Notes: generated from the sequence alone by a model not told the origin. DNA of 64,000 bases from Trichosphaerium sp. ATCC 40318 (GCA_038496445.1 JALMLS010000540.1:131946-195945), one strand, 5' to 3'; shown: positions 1 through 14,144, numbered from the stretch's first letter. Numbers and translations are program-made.

Positions 1-91
1 ATGAACTCAAAAGAAGAAAAAATAGCAAAAACCACTTGCATTGAAAGCTGCAATTTCCTTTGTTTTGAAATCATCACTAATCAACATTTAG

Positions 92-1155
92 CCGCTTCAC
101 TTGAGCACGCAGTTTTTGGATAAAGAAATAACTAAAGAAGCTATGTACACAGAGTATCTTACGAAATCAACTAAACATGATACGAAACCAACGTTTTTCT
201 TTGATATGTCATGGTTGTTCTTTAAAGAAAAAAAAGACAAGCTTGGTCGTCGTATTCTATCAACACTCACAGAACACGCCAATGAAGATCCACAACCCCT
301 GAGACTCGCTGGATACGCCTATGGATATCACGGATACAACGAGGATGCAATCAATATATTCAGACTGCTGAAGAAACTGCGTCCTGAAGAGCCTCAGTCA
401 CATCGAGATTTAGCATGTGCTTTGTCAAGAAAAGCGACATTGATTTGTAACTCTTCTCTTGCACGTGATGGAAAAATCTCTTCTTGTTCAAAAGAATGTG
501 AAGAATTATTTAGAGAATCTCTATTACTTCTACATAACGTTGTAGTTGGTAAATGGGATGAACGTTTCGATCAAATCCAAGTTACATCTTTAATGGATTT
601 TAACAGTATCATTAAAAAGCTAAAAAGATATGGCTTGTATCAAAACTTAGTTCATGGTATAGGTACGCTCAATAATAATTATCAAGCGTATTAAACTTAC
701 CCACTTCTTTCAGATACAAGGCTCATTGCATCTACTGAGGTAGACTTGAGAGTGACATTATTCTGGGACTGTGATAAAACAGATGTTGATTTAATGGTAA
801 CAGAACCTTCTGGAGAGAAATGCTATGCATTTCATAATAAATCATCAAATGGTGGTATGATGTCACGTGATTTTACATATGGATATGGCCCTCAAGAATA
901 TCTTATAAGGTGTTCAAATAGCGGAGAATACAAGGTAACTAAAAAACAACAACAAAAACATCTTTTTTTCCTAAAACAAAAAACTAGGTTGAAGCGAAGT
1001 TATTCTCAAATATTCAAAACCCAAGACCTGTCACTGCTTTTGTTCATGTGCAAGTAAACTTTGCACGTGAAAATGAAAAAAGTCAATTTTTTGTTACACA
1101 GTTGAATACAATGAAGCAAGCCAACGAAGTATGCACAATATCGTTTTATAAGTAA
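92..1155 (+). CDS. TPR + DUF2135 (YfaP-like) domain protein, 3' part (5' end outside window)
   Basis: TPR-like LRLAGYAY...LRPEEPQSHRDLA, then DLRVTLFWDCDKTDVDLMVTEPSGEKCY...SRDFTYGYGPQEY; introns 662-713 and 935-987 restore the frame to TAA at 1153-1155. Confidence 0.8.
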
Positions 1156-1341
1156 CCCAAAAAAAAAACACCAAAGAAAAGTAAACATGTATAATAAAAA
1201 ACACTTTATAACATGAAGAAGTTTAGATCAAAAGGTCACTAACCTCTTTGAATCGTTTAAGATAAGAGTAACGAAGCATCAACGGATTAATTTCGGGTGC
1301 TGTATGGTGAAGAAAGCACTTTTTGTGATGAGTACAAGTGT

Positions 1342-3009
1342 TTAATTAACATTAGGATTAGGATCCTTTAAAAGTCTTGGTATCATCTTCACTGCGACGT
1401 CTATTATTGTACCAACAGTACCTTGTTCATAATATGTTCCAATATCAAAACTCACAGAAGAAAGATCATCATCCAATGGAGAAACTGTAAACGATTGCTC
1501 AAATTCGTATTCTCGCTCCTTAAAATGTGTTAAAAGATATGGATATTCTGAGAACAACTTACATCATCAAAAACGACTTCAACGTTTACAATGACATCAA
1601 AACATATATTACACCTATGTGCTGACTCCAACTCAGCACAAAATTCGCCTACAATTTCGAACCTACAGAGCTAGATAAGAATAACAAAATATTCTTTGTT
1701 AAATACTTTGATACTTACTCACGACGACAACACTCCTCAATACAGTTTATTGTAAATTCGAACATACATGTATCAAAAAAACATAGCTTCTCGCTAGTAC
1801 GATACTCATGTTTGGAACAACGTAAACTACCATCCAATTAACAACAGGCCACTTTAAAAAACAATGTCGTACAAATCTGTTTCCTCAAACTCCAATCTAG
1901 ATAGATCCATACTTGTATCTTTAATCCTAAAATTATCAAGTTGCTTTAGAAAGGATTTGGCTTCTTTCAACTTGGTTTTACAGAATAGTGTGGTTTTTTT
2001 CAGCTCATTGAGAGTCTCTGTTCTTGAGATGTTCTGTAGGCTGTGAGACCGAAAAAAGGTAACAACAGCAGGGTGATCTCTCTTCAGTACTCCAGTGCAT
2101 TCTTCACGGTCTATTTCCATATCATGTATCTCGCGCACCCACGCCTCAGCTGTGCACACTTTTTCCTGTATATCTTTTGTTGATGTTGTTAGAAAAAGCA
2201 ACAATGTCTCTTCAGTCACGTGTTTAGTATAATGTAGGGTCGCTGTTTTAACTTTAGACTTCCATAAGTCATCAAAGTTCGGCAAGTCACTCTTGAGATC
2301 TACTAGCATCTAGACCAAGACAAAAAGTGTTAACATAGCAACAATTCAAAGAATTCTATTTTTACCTGTAGCGCAGTAGTAGAATCGGCTTGCTTTAACA
2401 CACGGTTCAAGGTGTCTGACAAAGCAATATTAAACTCAAAAAAGGCCAATAACTTCAAGATGGGTTTATACCATGTAGTGAATTTTGAGTACACTTTCTT
2501 GTAATAATCCCATTTACTTAATGTGATTTTAACTCCATACAGACAACTCAAGAACACTTCAAAATGCTCTTCACCCAAGTTATCTATTGCAGGCAAATAC
2601 AATTTCATTCTAAGAGTCAACGTTATTAACTATTTTAAGCCGACTTGTTTATCTTACTTGTTACTTCCTTTGTCAGATTGCCAAGCTTCTAAGAAATATC
2701 TGTTAGTCACCTCACAGTAGCTTAGACGTACTGGAGAACGCTGTTTGGAAGTAACCTGTTCTTAAAAGGACAAATTTGTGTACTTTGTACTCGACATCTT
2801 GTACGACCTCTCAACATGTTAGTATGCGCGTTTTACGCACAGGTAAGTTCGTTTACCAACGTAAAATCAGCGTAGTGCTTGTTCTCATATAAGCTCTGCA
2901 AAAACGCATCATTCGTCATAGTTAGAAGCTCACGAGATGGTTCTTCTATTGCTTGCGACTTTTTCGAAGGAGGCATAGCCAGTTGGGCCTCTTCTGCTTT
3001 TCTTTTCAT
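1342..3009 (-). CDS. BTB/POZ-domain protein with Cys-rich C-terminal region, multi-exon
   Basis: LYENKHYADFTL...YKVHKFVL BTB start; exon ORFs 2833-3033, 2330-2620, 1854-2309 and 1342-1557 joined by GT-AG introns. Confidence 0.65.
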
Positions 3010-3325
3010 TTTAGATTCTGTTGTAGTCAGCACGTGGAGCCTTAGTTTGGTATAACTAAAATGGCTATTTCAATAAGTAGGTTAAGTCTGTTCCTATTAT
3101 CTGAACGTGAATAATATTATCTGAGAGTGAATAACGCATTCCATCAGTGTTATAATGGTGTATTGCTGAACATGTGGATTTAGCTTGACAAGTAACCAAA
3201 GAACAACTCTCATATTGCTTGCTATTCAGATTGCAGTACAACGCGCGCACGTGCATGGCTGTTTTCGGACTGAATGCTATTGACTTTACGTTTAGCGTAA
3301 TAGCCCTCAACCCTATCAGTGTAGA

Positions 3326-3647
3326 ATGAACGCGGGTACTGGTGCATCTAGGCGTATTATCAACAAGCTAGGCAAGTGTCTTGTAAGCTGTGCACCGCAA
3401 GTACGTAAAATAACGTCTAAACGCTTTCTAATTATACGCCACATAAGACACTACATTATGGTACATGCGTTGAAGGCAATATAACCAAGATGAAGAAAGG
3501 AGCTTGTGAAAAAGAATTTCAAGCCATGTATAAGTGCTACATGAATTCAGTACGCGTAATAAAACCTAAACACAACATCTGTACGCTATTTTAAATCAAA
3601 CTAATCTATTTCACCATTAGATGGGTAGAGCAGGTAGACCAACATAA
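3326..3647 (+). CDS. NDUFAF8: Twin CX9C mitochondrial protein, NDUFAF8-like complex I assembly factor
   Basis: Exons 3326-3400, 3448-3549 and 3621-3647 give MNAGTGASRRIINKLGKCLVSCAPQTLHYGTCVEGNITKMKKGACEKEFQAMYKCYMNSMGRAGRPT*; two exact CX9C motifs and CxxEF as in NDUFAF8; absent from the ORF track. Confidence 0.8.
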
Positions 3648-3883
3648 ACTACAACGTCGTAGTATACTTTGAATGCAATTAAAGCCCTCACAACTAAAAT
3701 CACTTGAAATGTACAAATCACAGAATCCTTGGACAAAAGAAAACAAACACAAATTCTACAGTCGAAATAAAGCTTTCTTTTATATGTTTTCTCACATGTG
3801 TTTTTCGTTTTAGCGATCAAAAGGCGGTTTTCTGTACATTATTTTTACAATACTTCTACAGGACACCACGACCCTTTATGTCC

Positions 3884-6051
3884 TCAATAAGCAGGAGGAT
3901 AACCTATACATGCATATCAGCAAAAGGGGGTCATAGAAATAAAAATAATCTTTCTTTTGAAAACATCTTTTTTTAGAACGGTTGTTCGTACCTGGTTGGC
4001 CTTGAGGTGGGTAACCTTGCTGTGGTGGCGGTTGTCCATAACTACCAGCATGTTGTGGTGGAGGATACTGTTGTCCTTGAGGAGGGTAACCAGTATGTTG
4101 AGGAGGTGGTTGTCCATAAGCTGGTGGGGCTCCATTAAAGCTTTGCGAGTGTGTCATTTGAGGAGGAGCACCTGGATAGCCTCCTTGTTGTTGTTGTGGA
4201 TTATACGACGCTAAAAAAAAATTAAATCAATCATTAACAGTAGTTTTTGAAAACGCACGTGGTGGTCCCGAAAAACTTTGAGAATGTTGCATTTGTGGTG
4301 GATATCCTCCTGGTTGATGTTGTGGATATCCTAGTTTAGAATAAGTTCTCTTGCCAGCGAGTAAAAAAAATAAAATTAACTTACCATAAGCTGGCTGTTG
4401 ATTCGTTGCATAAGGTGCGGCTGGAGGTTGTCCAGAGAAGCTTGTTGTGTGTTGAAGTTGATGACCACCATAACCTGGTTGTGGTTGAGGTGCATATCCG
4501 GGCTGTGGGGCATATCCAGGTTGTGGTGGGTACGCTGCAAAAAAAAGAAAATCAGCAAAAGTTTTCAACGTTCAAACATACCTGGACCTGGCCCTGTAGT
4601 GACAGTTTGTGTAGTTTGTGTCATTACTGGTTGCGGAGGAGGTGGCGCTTGTACCTATAAGGACAAGAATAAGCGCAAAGAACAAAAAAAATCTGGGTTC
4701 GAACACCACTGTACTTACTGCCTCTTTTAGAGGCAAATGGAAGTGAACTTCTAAAAATAATTTGTCCGCTGTAGCGATAAAAATGATGATCAAAAAAAAT
4801 GCAAAAAAACGAAATAATCATAATAAACTTACGTGAGTATGTGTTACAGAGTAATTGTGTACAACAGGTTGAGGAGGGGGTGCTTGTTGTGTAATATTTT
4901 GTTGTACCACGACAGTAGTAGCTAGTAAAAATTGTCAGTACAGAAAGAAGAAGCAAAAATAAAAGTCTTCTTGAAATTCCACTAATGTCTGCGCTAGTGA
5001 TTGTGCGTCACATACGTTTTGTGCCAAATCCAATGGCTGTTAAACCTACTTGGATTTTACCCTTTGGAGATCTTCCTTTGTAAAGAGGTAGCCAAACAAC
5101 AACCTAAGCACAAGTTTAAAAAACGCAACTCTTTTTTTAATCATTCAAAGAAGAGAACCACCACGGAGATGTATTCACGTGACTAACCACGCATTTTCTC
5201 GTCATAAAAACCTCACACTTTATAGCGGGATTTGACACGAAAATAACTACGCACCTCGCGATCCTTTGGAAGCTTTTCTAGTTCGTATTTTCCTTCACAC
5301 AAAAAGTCGTTCTTCCCGATTATATCATAATCGTAAATCATAAAAACAATTCTATCCTTCGCAGGTCTTTTAACAGAGCATCTGTGATTGAAAATAAGCG
5401 TGACATAAGCAAATAAGTAGAAAAAAAATAGTGACACCCTATATAAAAGGCTAGGTGTTCGCGCAATCGCGTTACGCTATTTTTTTGATCGGGGCAATGG
5501 GCGTGTTTTGGGGACCCACGGGAAATTCAGGCGCAAAGGGGGAATTGTAACGCCGGGCTACGGGTATGATTGCGCTAGAGATTGTGGCCTTTTTCGGTAT
5601 AATTTTAGGGGTTTTAAGCTCCCGCGTGCCAATGGCGTGGTATAAACGGTAGCGTACAAAAATGTTTCATTCCAGCAAGGATTTAGCGTTTTCTTGAGTT
5701 TACGTGTTTTGTAAATTTTACCGATCCAATTGTAGTCGTAGCCAACCTTCATCTTGCAGTATGGATCAGAAAATCCTAATACGTTTAGTTGGTTGAACAA
5801 ACATCCTTGAAACAGTAAAGTGGTTCACAGTACCACCGAATAGCACGAAAATGTACGGAGGTTGGTAGAAACGTTAAAAAACCCGTGTGAACAACATCAG
5901 CGGTAGATGTTCAGGAGAGGCGTTAACGCCATCAAAACAAAGGTATATAATGCCACGGACGAAGAGCAATTTACGTACCATTGAAATCAGCTGCTGGTAG
6001 GTTCTTTGCTTTTATGCAGCGAACCTTTAATTTGTAACTGCCCTTGCTCAT
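3884..6051 (-). CDS. C2-domain protein with Pro/Gln/Gly/Tyr-rich (GYPPQ) low-complexity tail
   Basis: MSKGSYKLKVRCIKAKNLPAADFNG|FSDPYCKMKV...KKTLNPCWNETF|...IYDYDIIGKNDFL: Ca-binding C2 aspartates present; last exon GYPPAY*. Confidence 0.85.
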
Positions 6052-6248
6052 TCGTATGGTACGAGGCGTTTAATAAGGAGTGGTTTAATTTAATTAAAGA
6101 GAGATTTGTCAATTGTAGTCAATAGAATCAGAAAAGGGCAAAAAACGCCTCTCCGAACGTGTTACTGACAGTAGCGCTTCGACCTTTTCCCTTAAGGGCA
6201 TCCCTCATATCATAGGGTTTACTCCGTCAGCGTTGTTAATTTAGTACA

Positions 6249-8842
6249 ATGCAACAACAGAATCAGTTCGACTTTCGCAACCAGTCACTAGAAGTTAATA
6301 AATGTCCCGAGGACGGGGAAGGTTTACTTGAGTTAGGCTTTCTAGATGATAAATTAACAGTACGTTTCTTATACTACAATTAGGGTTATTGGGTGTTAAT
6401 ACATACTTGTTGTTAACGACGAAATAGAAAATAGACGGCGTTAAACCACCAGCGCCTAAAACGTTCCAGGTACCGGGAACTCGCGGCAAGAAGCGAAAAC
6501 AACACTCCAATGAAGAACAACCAAGCGCTTATTCCTTATTTGCAAAGGTACATACGCGCCATAATACAACAATCTACGCGGCTATGATAACTACAGCAAA
6601 ACATTTTTGTTTTTAGCAATTTTTTTTAACACTAATCTTAGGACCTTTTAAAAGCAGATTCTGTACTAGCAAATAACCCCCAAGCTTATCAGATCATTTC
6701 AGCGACATGGGCGAAATGTAGCCCTTCAGAACGCACTGTACAGTATTTTATTCGTATTCAAGGTACTAACACGCTTCGTAAGGTGTGGATGAGACAAGCT
6801 TCAAAAGCCAAACAGCAGGGCACATTTGAACTGGTACAGGACAGCGACAATGATGATACGGAATCAGAGGCTACCAAAAAGTACGCGTTTGTACACTTTT
6901 TACTCTTTATTCTTTCTCCGCTATTTTTACAATTAAGATTAAGAAATCCACCAAACGGCACCACGAAATTTACTGTTTTAGAAAACCGAGAAAAAAGCGT
7001 AAAAAAAGGGATCCAGACGCGCCAAAAAATGCAAAAACTGCATACGCATGCTTCCAAGCACGTAATAGAGCATCAGTAGCATCTCAGGAGAGTCCAGATC
7101 GTAAGGGACCCTTAAAACCAAGAGAGGCAAGTTTTTGATTTGATTTTTTTCAATTTTTTTGAAATACGTTTTCCAGAGTAGCGCAAAAAAAATTATTGAC
7201 CTCAATATTAGATTCTAAAGAAGCTAGCTACCATGTGGAAAGCACTACCAGACGCTGACAAGCAGGTAAACTGACTTTTTTTTTTCATGAAGTTTTTCAT
7301 GCTTTGTAACTGTTGAGCTTATAAATGGATCCATTGTCCTAATACTAAGGTGATAGGAGTATATTGAGGAATCTAATAAAGATAAAGAGCGTTATAAACG
7401 AGAAATGGCAGTGTATGAGGAGAAAAAACGGAAAGAGGCAGAAGAAGCAGCTCAGCGAGGTTAGTCGCTTGGATCCCACTCGTTTACTTTTTTTTTTTAA
7501 CCCGTCACGCTAGCTAAAGCAAAAGCTGCAGCACAACGTGCTCAAATACCACAGAAAGTATTGCCTGCACACCCGTCCGCTTATGTATATCAAAACCCAA
7601 TGGCGGCTGGATTGGCTTTACCAGGACATCTAGGTGGTTATCCTGTTCCTAAACCAGAAGTTAAAGTTTTGAAAGTCAAAGAAAAGGTAAGAAAGAAAGG
7701 GAAGACAGGGAAGGATGAGGGTTTTGACGGTTTTTTTTTTGCCTAAGAGCGAGCGCAGATCACAAAAAAAAAAGAAGACAAAATTGTTTTTATTTTATTA
7801 ATTATGTCACAATTGTAATTAATCGCGTTTGATGGCGTTAACAATTATATTCTCATTAATGTATAATTATTAGGGTGGTAAACTCTTTGATCGGCTTGTT
7901 TTACATCCTCCTTTTACTTTTGATAGAATGGTAGAGAAGATACATGTACGATAGCCTTGATAACCCTCCTTGAGCTGTTTTTTGGTTTTTTTTTTGTTGA
8001 CACGTGTATGTTTTTTAGGAAAAGTTACAAATTTCAAAGCCTGTTAAGACTGTACTTCTTTTACCTGATATGCGAATACGAGATGATGAAGATGTAACGT
8101 ATTTGGATAAACTTGGTGAATTAGAGATTGTATTTGGTACAACACGAGCCAAAAAAACAGAAAAAAGTACAACAACAAAGAGTACAAAAAAGAAGCCTAT
8201 CACGTTTAAAATGGTTGACAAAGTGAAGAAAGAAGATAAGGGTAAAGCAGCGAGAGCAGTATATAAACAAGTAAGACCACCAAATAATACAAATATAATG
8301 GTCACGAGACCAAAGACTGTGCGTTTTAATCTTTGCAAAAAAAAAAAGAAAACCAAACAAATCAAAAACCATTTTTTTCATTTTTCGAACAAAACGCTTT
8401 TCTTATCTTTTCTATAAAGGATATGCCTACCAATTTTACTGAGTTAAAGAAGCGCAATTCTCCCCCTGGTAGCTACACAATGACACCCAATGGATTTTCA
8501 AAACACAGCCCACCACAAGTACCACCACCTCATTATGTACCAGCACAAGATCCACAACATGCTATGGCGAAGCCTCATGCTGCTATGGTTATGTCACAAC
8601 CAGATGATCGTAGTTATGGTCGAACAGACTTTCATCCAATGGCTGGCGGTAATGACGGCGCATATAATAACTCAATGTATCCACAGACGTTTGCTAGTCA
8701 TCCTGTAGAAGGATATGCTTCTAATCCTAATTTTTCAGCACTAGCAACCAATCAACCTGTTGGTAGGCATCACAATGACCCTTTGGATTCTAATGCTACT
8801 TACCCTATGCAAAGGGAATATGACTTTAATTCATTGTTGTAA
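6249..8842 (+). CDS. HMG-box protein (one degenerate and one canonical HMG box) with low-complexity C-terminus
   Basis: KKRDPDAPKNAKTAYACFQARNRASV...PRE|ILKKLATMWKALPDADKQ|EYIEESNKDKERYKREMAVY; upstream PSAYSLFAK...IISATWAK; includes GC-AG intron 7127-7211. Confidence 0.85.
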
Positions 8843-9193
8843 AAGAGATTGTAAGAATACTATGTTAAAAAAAAACACACCCAAGTTACATTAGATATCA
8901 TGTACTAATTAAAAAGATATTTAAAAACGGAATTCCATGTCACGTTCTTCTTCTTCTTTTCTATTTTTATAACATCCTTGATACAGAACAGTATGTTGAC
9001 GCCTGATAGTTGAAGGACATCGGTAGAAAAGTGTTGATTGGTGACAGTACGAACAAAGTTTGAAGAACTTTTTCGAAAAAGTGGTTGACTTTTTGAGGCT
9101 TGTTTTTTTTTTCAACGAGAAGTCTTTCTACGGTATGTCTCAAGTAATATTATTGCCTCATGGTGCTTTTGTACAATAATATGTGATAACATA

Positions 9194-11235
9194 ATGGCTA
9201 TACGTCCTTTTACATGGCGTACGATTTCTGGTACTATTGCTCATGCGTTGGTAAGCTAATAAGGTTGAGGTGACGCTTTACCAAGTTGTTGGACTCGAAA
9301 TGACAGTAAGAGGCAGTTTATTATTATGGTGAGCGTCGTGTAGCAGTGTAATCGTTTATTATCATAAAGGTGGAGCAAAAACTTAACATACGATCAATTG
9401 ACGCGTGGTACGCCGTTAAACCGGAACAAGTACGTCATGTGATGTACTGTAACGAACCTAACACATTATTATACAGCTGAACCAACTGGGTGGTAGAGGG
9501 CTTCTAGAGTACGCTTATTTAAGCTCTCCAGTACAATGTTAACCTCACAACGCTTTACAGGCGTTTTAATAGTTCTATACCAAAATTGGTGAGTGACGTC
9601 TATCCTACGTATGCCTGGCAACCGTTTCGCTTTAGTACGTTCACTTTACATCTTTGAATTCAACAAACGATTATTGTAGAACGTGTATCAAGGAATTTTT
9701 GGTCAAATGTCGCACACCACCAAGCAGCAATAATACAGGTAGGTGGGCAAGTAACTCGAAATCTAAGTCTCCATAGATGGAGCGTAGTCTTAACATAACA
9801 AACATTGATGATTGGTATCGTGTCACACGCGAACAACTGACTTTTATACCGGAGTTTAGCACTGAAACCATGTTAAGGTGAGTAGAAATGTCACTTTTGA
9901 AGTTGATCATACTTGGGTTTTTTGTCGGTTCAGAGAGTTATGATGGCGCTTTTTATGACTTCAGTTTATTCGTTAGTATTTAATTAACGTTTATAGGCAT
10001 TATGGTACCTTGTATGATATGTTACAGACACATTATTCCGAGCGAAATTGGATTCCTTGGAAATTTGGTATGTTCTGGTAAAAAGTGACTGAAATACTGA
10101 TCCACAATAAGCTAGTGGTAGTAAAGGTATTTGGAACAATTCAAAACACGCACATCAGTTAGTAATGGCAATAGGTTTGTTATACCTTTAGCGTTAACCA
10201 GCTAAGATTAGTTTTTTAGAAGAAAAGTTTTCTATTTCATCAGTTAGCTCTTGGAATACTATAGCTATGGTAGATATCAAACGTATGGGTGCATTTGGTG
10301 CTATAGAGTACGTTTCAAAACTTTGATGATATTTTCACGTGCATACCCAAGTTTTTCTTGCAGTAGCTTTCTCATTTTTTTCTTATTCAAACGTTGATTT
10401 TTTTTTTCAGTCACTATGGCTCTTTGAAAGGATTACTTCTTCAAGTTTATCCTGAATATGATTGGGAATATATTCTTTCCGTATCTGAAGCATATGTGGA
10501 ACCAGAAAGTCAATCAACAAAACCAAAAAAATTACCTAGTCGGTGGGAGCGTATTGAACATCAAAGGCATTTTTTGGAAAAGGTGAGACTTCTTTCATTT
10601 GACAGTTTTTTTAATTACTTGATTTAATACGTTTTAGGCGTATAAATACCTTGGCTTAAGCAATCTAGATGATTGGTATATCATCAAGGCAAAAGATATT
10701 GCACATATCGAAGGTGCTAAACCTTTGTTGAAGTAAGTCTTTTTTTGACCATATTGATGCCATAACATAGCTTGAGCTAACTTATTTTATCTCTGTCTAG
10801 ATATTTTGGAGGTTCATTACGTGAACCATTAAAAAAAGTATATCCAGAACATAACTGGAAGCCATGGAATTTCTGTACGTCACAAACAACTGAACAGCAT
10901 TGTTAGTGACTTTTTTCTGGGTAGGCGAAAGAGTTTCAGTTGGGTTTTGGCGTCAGGCTGATAATGTCAAAGCGTACCTTAAAGATAAGAAAAAGGGCTT
11001 ACATATTAATTTTGCTGAGGACCTGCTCCGTTTATCAGAACCTCAGATTGGTAAGTTGGGTAGTTCTTTATCAGCGGAAGAATACAAGAATATGGTTTTA
11101 GAAATCTACCCATCACTCGCTTCAAAAGCTCCTTCTATTGACTTGAATAAAAAAAGTGTGCAAAGGTGGTTATCTGGAACATGTAGAACTCTATTTCTTT
11201 GCCGTAAGCGGCATACTGTAACATTAATAAAGTAA
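9194..11235 (+). CDS. Tandem ~70-aa repeat protein (FW..N...F...L.I...DWY....GG..LL..Y.GSL...L..YPE..W.PW.F); start approximate
   Basis: Four full and one partial repeat recovered by splicing, e.g. DAWYAVK..GGRGLLERFNSS..YPTYAWQPFRF and DDWYIIK..KPLLKYFGGSL..YPEHNWKPWNF; ends KKSVQRWL...*. Confidence 0.75.
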
Positions 11236-11610
11236 AAGTTAAATAGTACTGATCTAGAAACAAAGTAAGAGTCGACTTTCACTTTTCTATATTTACATCT
11301 AATTGTACAAACAAAAACAATAATAAGAAAAACTGAGTCCATTCTCATACCATCTTTAGCTTTCGCCATAATGTTTACCATCAACCCACTGACAGGCATT
11401 TTTGTTAAGCTCTGATTTGTTGGATTCTAATATCAAAGTATTGAAAATAAACTTCTGGAAGGAGAGACTGTTAGACGCTTCAACAAGTGAGACCAAAACT
11501 GTAAGTTACAAGATGATATTTACCTCAGTTAAAAATTCAGTTTTTTATTATCTTTAAGTCGCAATAACTCAAAGCAAAAGCAACGCTTTTTATTTCAACT
11601 TATTATCACA

Positions 11611-12765
11611 ATGCATCATTCGATTTCAAAGCGGTCTGAAGGTATTCTTGCATTGTTTTGAAAACACTTAATCAACGTAAGGTTTATTACGGATGATATG
11701 CAATAGTAGAGGTAGTACACAGATACGAGACCTTCCTCAGCAACTTCTAAAGGTTAGCATGAAACTAAATGTTCAAAACGCTCAAGACAATATCTAGGAC
11801 TTGTTTGAGACTGTATTAAAGCGGAAAACCGCGTTAACAGGGTTTTTTAACGAAGAAGTTCATCAACGTCTCAGGTGCTTGCAGTTTCACCTTTTCCGTT
11901 ATTTTATAGATGTGTAGGTGTCCTGTATGCCATGAAAGGATAAAGTACAGTCATCCAGGCAAGATAAAACTGGACGAATCAAAGAATAAGTTGTCAATGT
12001 TCAGTTACTACTGGGATTGCTGTATTGGACGTGTAAGTAATTTTGGAGAAGAAAATTATTGTTCGAGCACATGTTCATGTGCTTTAAAAGCATCAGAGGA
12101 GAAACCACGTGCGTTAGTTTTACACAAGACCGAGAAACTTATGAGAAAAAAAAAGATAATGAAAAGCGCTTGAAAACCTTACCAAGCCGTTGTACATCGT
12201 CAAATAGTCGTGTATATCAGCCTACATCTCTAGTGGATAATTGTATAGCATTGCTACTCGAAAATATACGTTTTATAGCGTTTGATGAGGTACTTTGCTA
12301 TGACCATAAAAAGAAACTGTTTGGGCATTTGTGCATCGCATGTAGTACTTACTGTTTCTTTATTCGAAGACACCAGACCTTATAATTATTCAGTTATTTA
12401 AATATATGAAAGATAAGTGCGAGTTCCTTGAAGGTATAGCAAAAGAGGAAGTAGAAAAGGGACAGCGATGTGATGTTTGCTACTGCACGTTTTTTTGGTT
12501 TTGTGAACTACTTGTTGTCTTATTACTTTCTCCCTAGGTTTGTTTACTGACTATCATGCATCTCGAAAGTTATATCGTGCATATGGAAATCACACGTGTT
12601 GTGATCGTAGATTCACAGGCTGTACAACAGGATGTAAAAAGCAGTGTCGATGCTAAAACAAATATCAGATGGAATAGGTGTTTCCTCTACACTGGACCAG
12701 CCACTTGCGTCTTTATTAACTTTAGCCAAACAAACTATACTTTGGACCCGTGTGCATGTACATAA
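11611..12765 (+). CDS. Hypothetical Cys/His-rich protein with possible BC-box-like PTSLVDNC motif; exon structure partly unresolved
   Basis: Exon-like ORFs 11910-12173 (CPVC...HPG...YWDCC) and 12059-12385 separated by GT-AG-like introns. Confidence 0.4.
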
Positions 12766-12877
12766 ATGATTTTTAAAGTGATTTAGCGTATTTCGAACAC
12801 CAACAAAGCATATGGGTCAATGAACTGTAATTTATGTGTTGACTTTCATGTTTATTGTTTGCTTGTTCCGTACACGG

Positions 12878-14144
12878 CTATAGCTCTTTTATAGTATCTT
12901 TCATAGCCTGCAACTCGTTTTCTACAACATGCATAAATATACAAGCAACTTGATCTCCACTGAACACTTTTTTCATTTTAGCGATTATAATGAACTTCAA
13001 TTTGTGAAGTGACTCTATCTCTTTTTTGACTTTTCTCGTGTATGAAGATATACTCGACTCATCTTCATGAGACAAAAACCTTCTCAATTTCATCACTAAA
13101 GGTAATAATCTGCTATGAATATTATCTTCTTTTTTTTGGATATCCTAAAAATAAATATCCAATAAATACAAAAAAAGAAAGATGATCAGAAATTATCACG
13201 TGGGATGTACATACACTATAAAAAGACATTTGTTTCCTATCTTGTCTCCATGTTATTTTTATTTGTGTTCTAACGCCATTAACGATATCCAAGATTGGAC
13301 CAACGACTCCTGTTTCTTCCTTTTCTTCTTGGATTTGTGTCGCCAAATAAACGAACAACATACCCTTTGTGAAACAAAAGTTACATTTTATAGAGTACAT
13401 CAAACGTACTCTTTGCTTGGTTGTCATCACCCCGAGTATGTGCGTAAATGCGTAACTTCTTATACGATCAAGGTCCTAGAGAGTGTGTAACAGCCGCAAG
13501 TTTCGGCAATCATTCAACTTGTTACAAATAACTTTTACCTTTAACATTCGCTCTAGATGATCTTTCTTCTTTAGAACGCTCGTGCACCACATAACCTTGC
13601 TCATTGATGCTCTGCGCTTGCTGTCTGTACACGTGGTTAATCACAGAGAAAAGAATTGTCGCAACTTCAAACCAAACATACCATTCAAATCCCTCAACAT
13701 ACTGGGAATATGTCTCTTTGCGTCCGCTAGTGCCACGCTTAGAATACGTCGTATTCGGTCTCCTTGCGCTGGCGATACCCCCACATACTCGGTACCGCGT
13801 AGTACTACAGGTAACAGGTCCATTAGTGGTTCGATACAGCTCAGTAAAAGAAAGTTAACTGAACACAATGTGCTCGCTAGTTTAGAAAAACAAAAGGGCA
13901 ATAATGAAATTTCTAATGACGATAACAACTTGATAATACCATCAAGCAATGCTTCTAAATTATGTTTCCTAAATAGAAGTTTCCACGTGACGTAAAAGAC
14001 CTCATCCCATACAGAACCAGTTTATTTTTGAGTCAAAAAAAAAGTACACAAATGCGCTAGTGCATTGGAAGCTTTTTTGGCTGTTTTTTCAGCTGATATA
14101 GCGTCATATTGATAGCATCGCAAGTACATATCATTGCTACGCAT
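12878..14144 (-). CDS. Hypothetical multi-exon protein; 5' end approximate
   Basis: Protein-like exon ORFs 13641-13949, 13122-13430 and 12878-13096 with flanking splice signals. Confidence 0.4.

Noticed and set aside
4694-4712. tRNA B-box-like GGTTCGAACACC
   Set aside because: No A-box or cloverleaf in the A-rich intronic flanks
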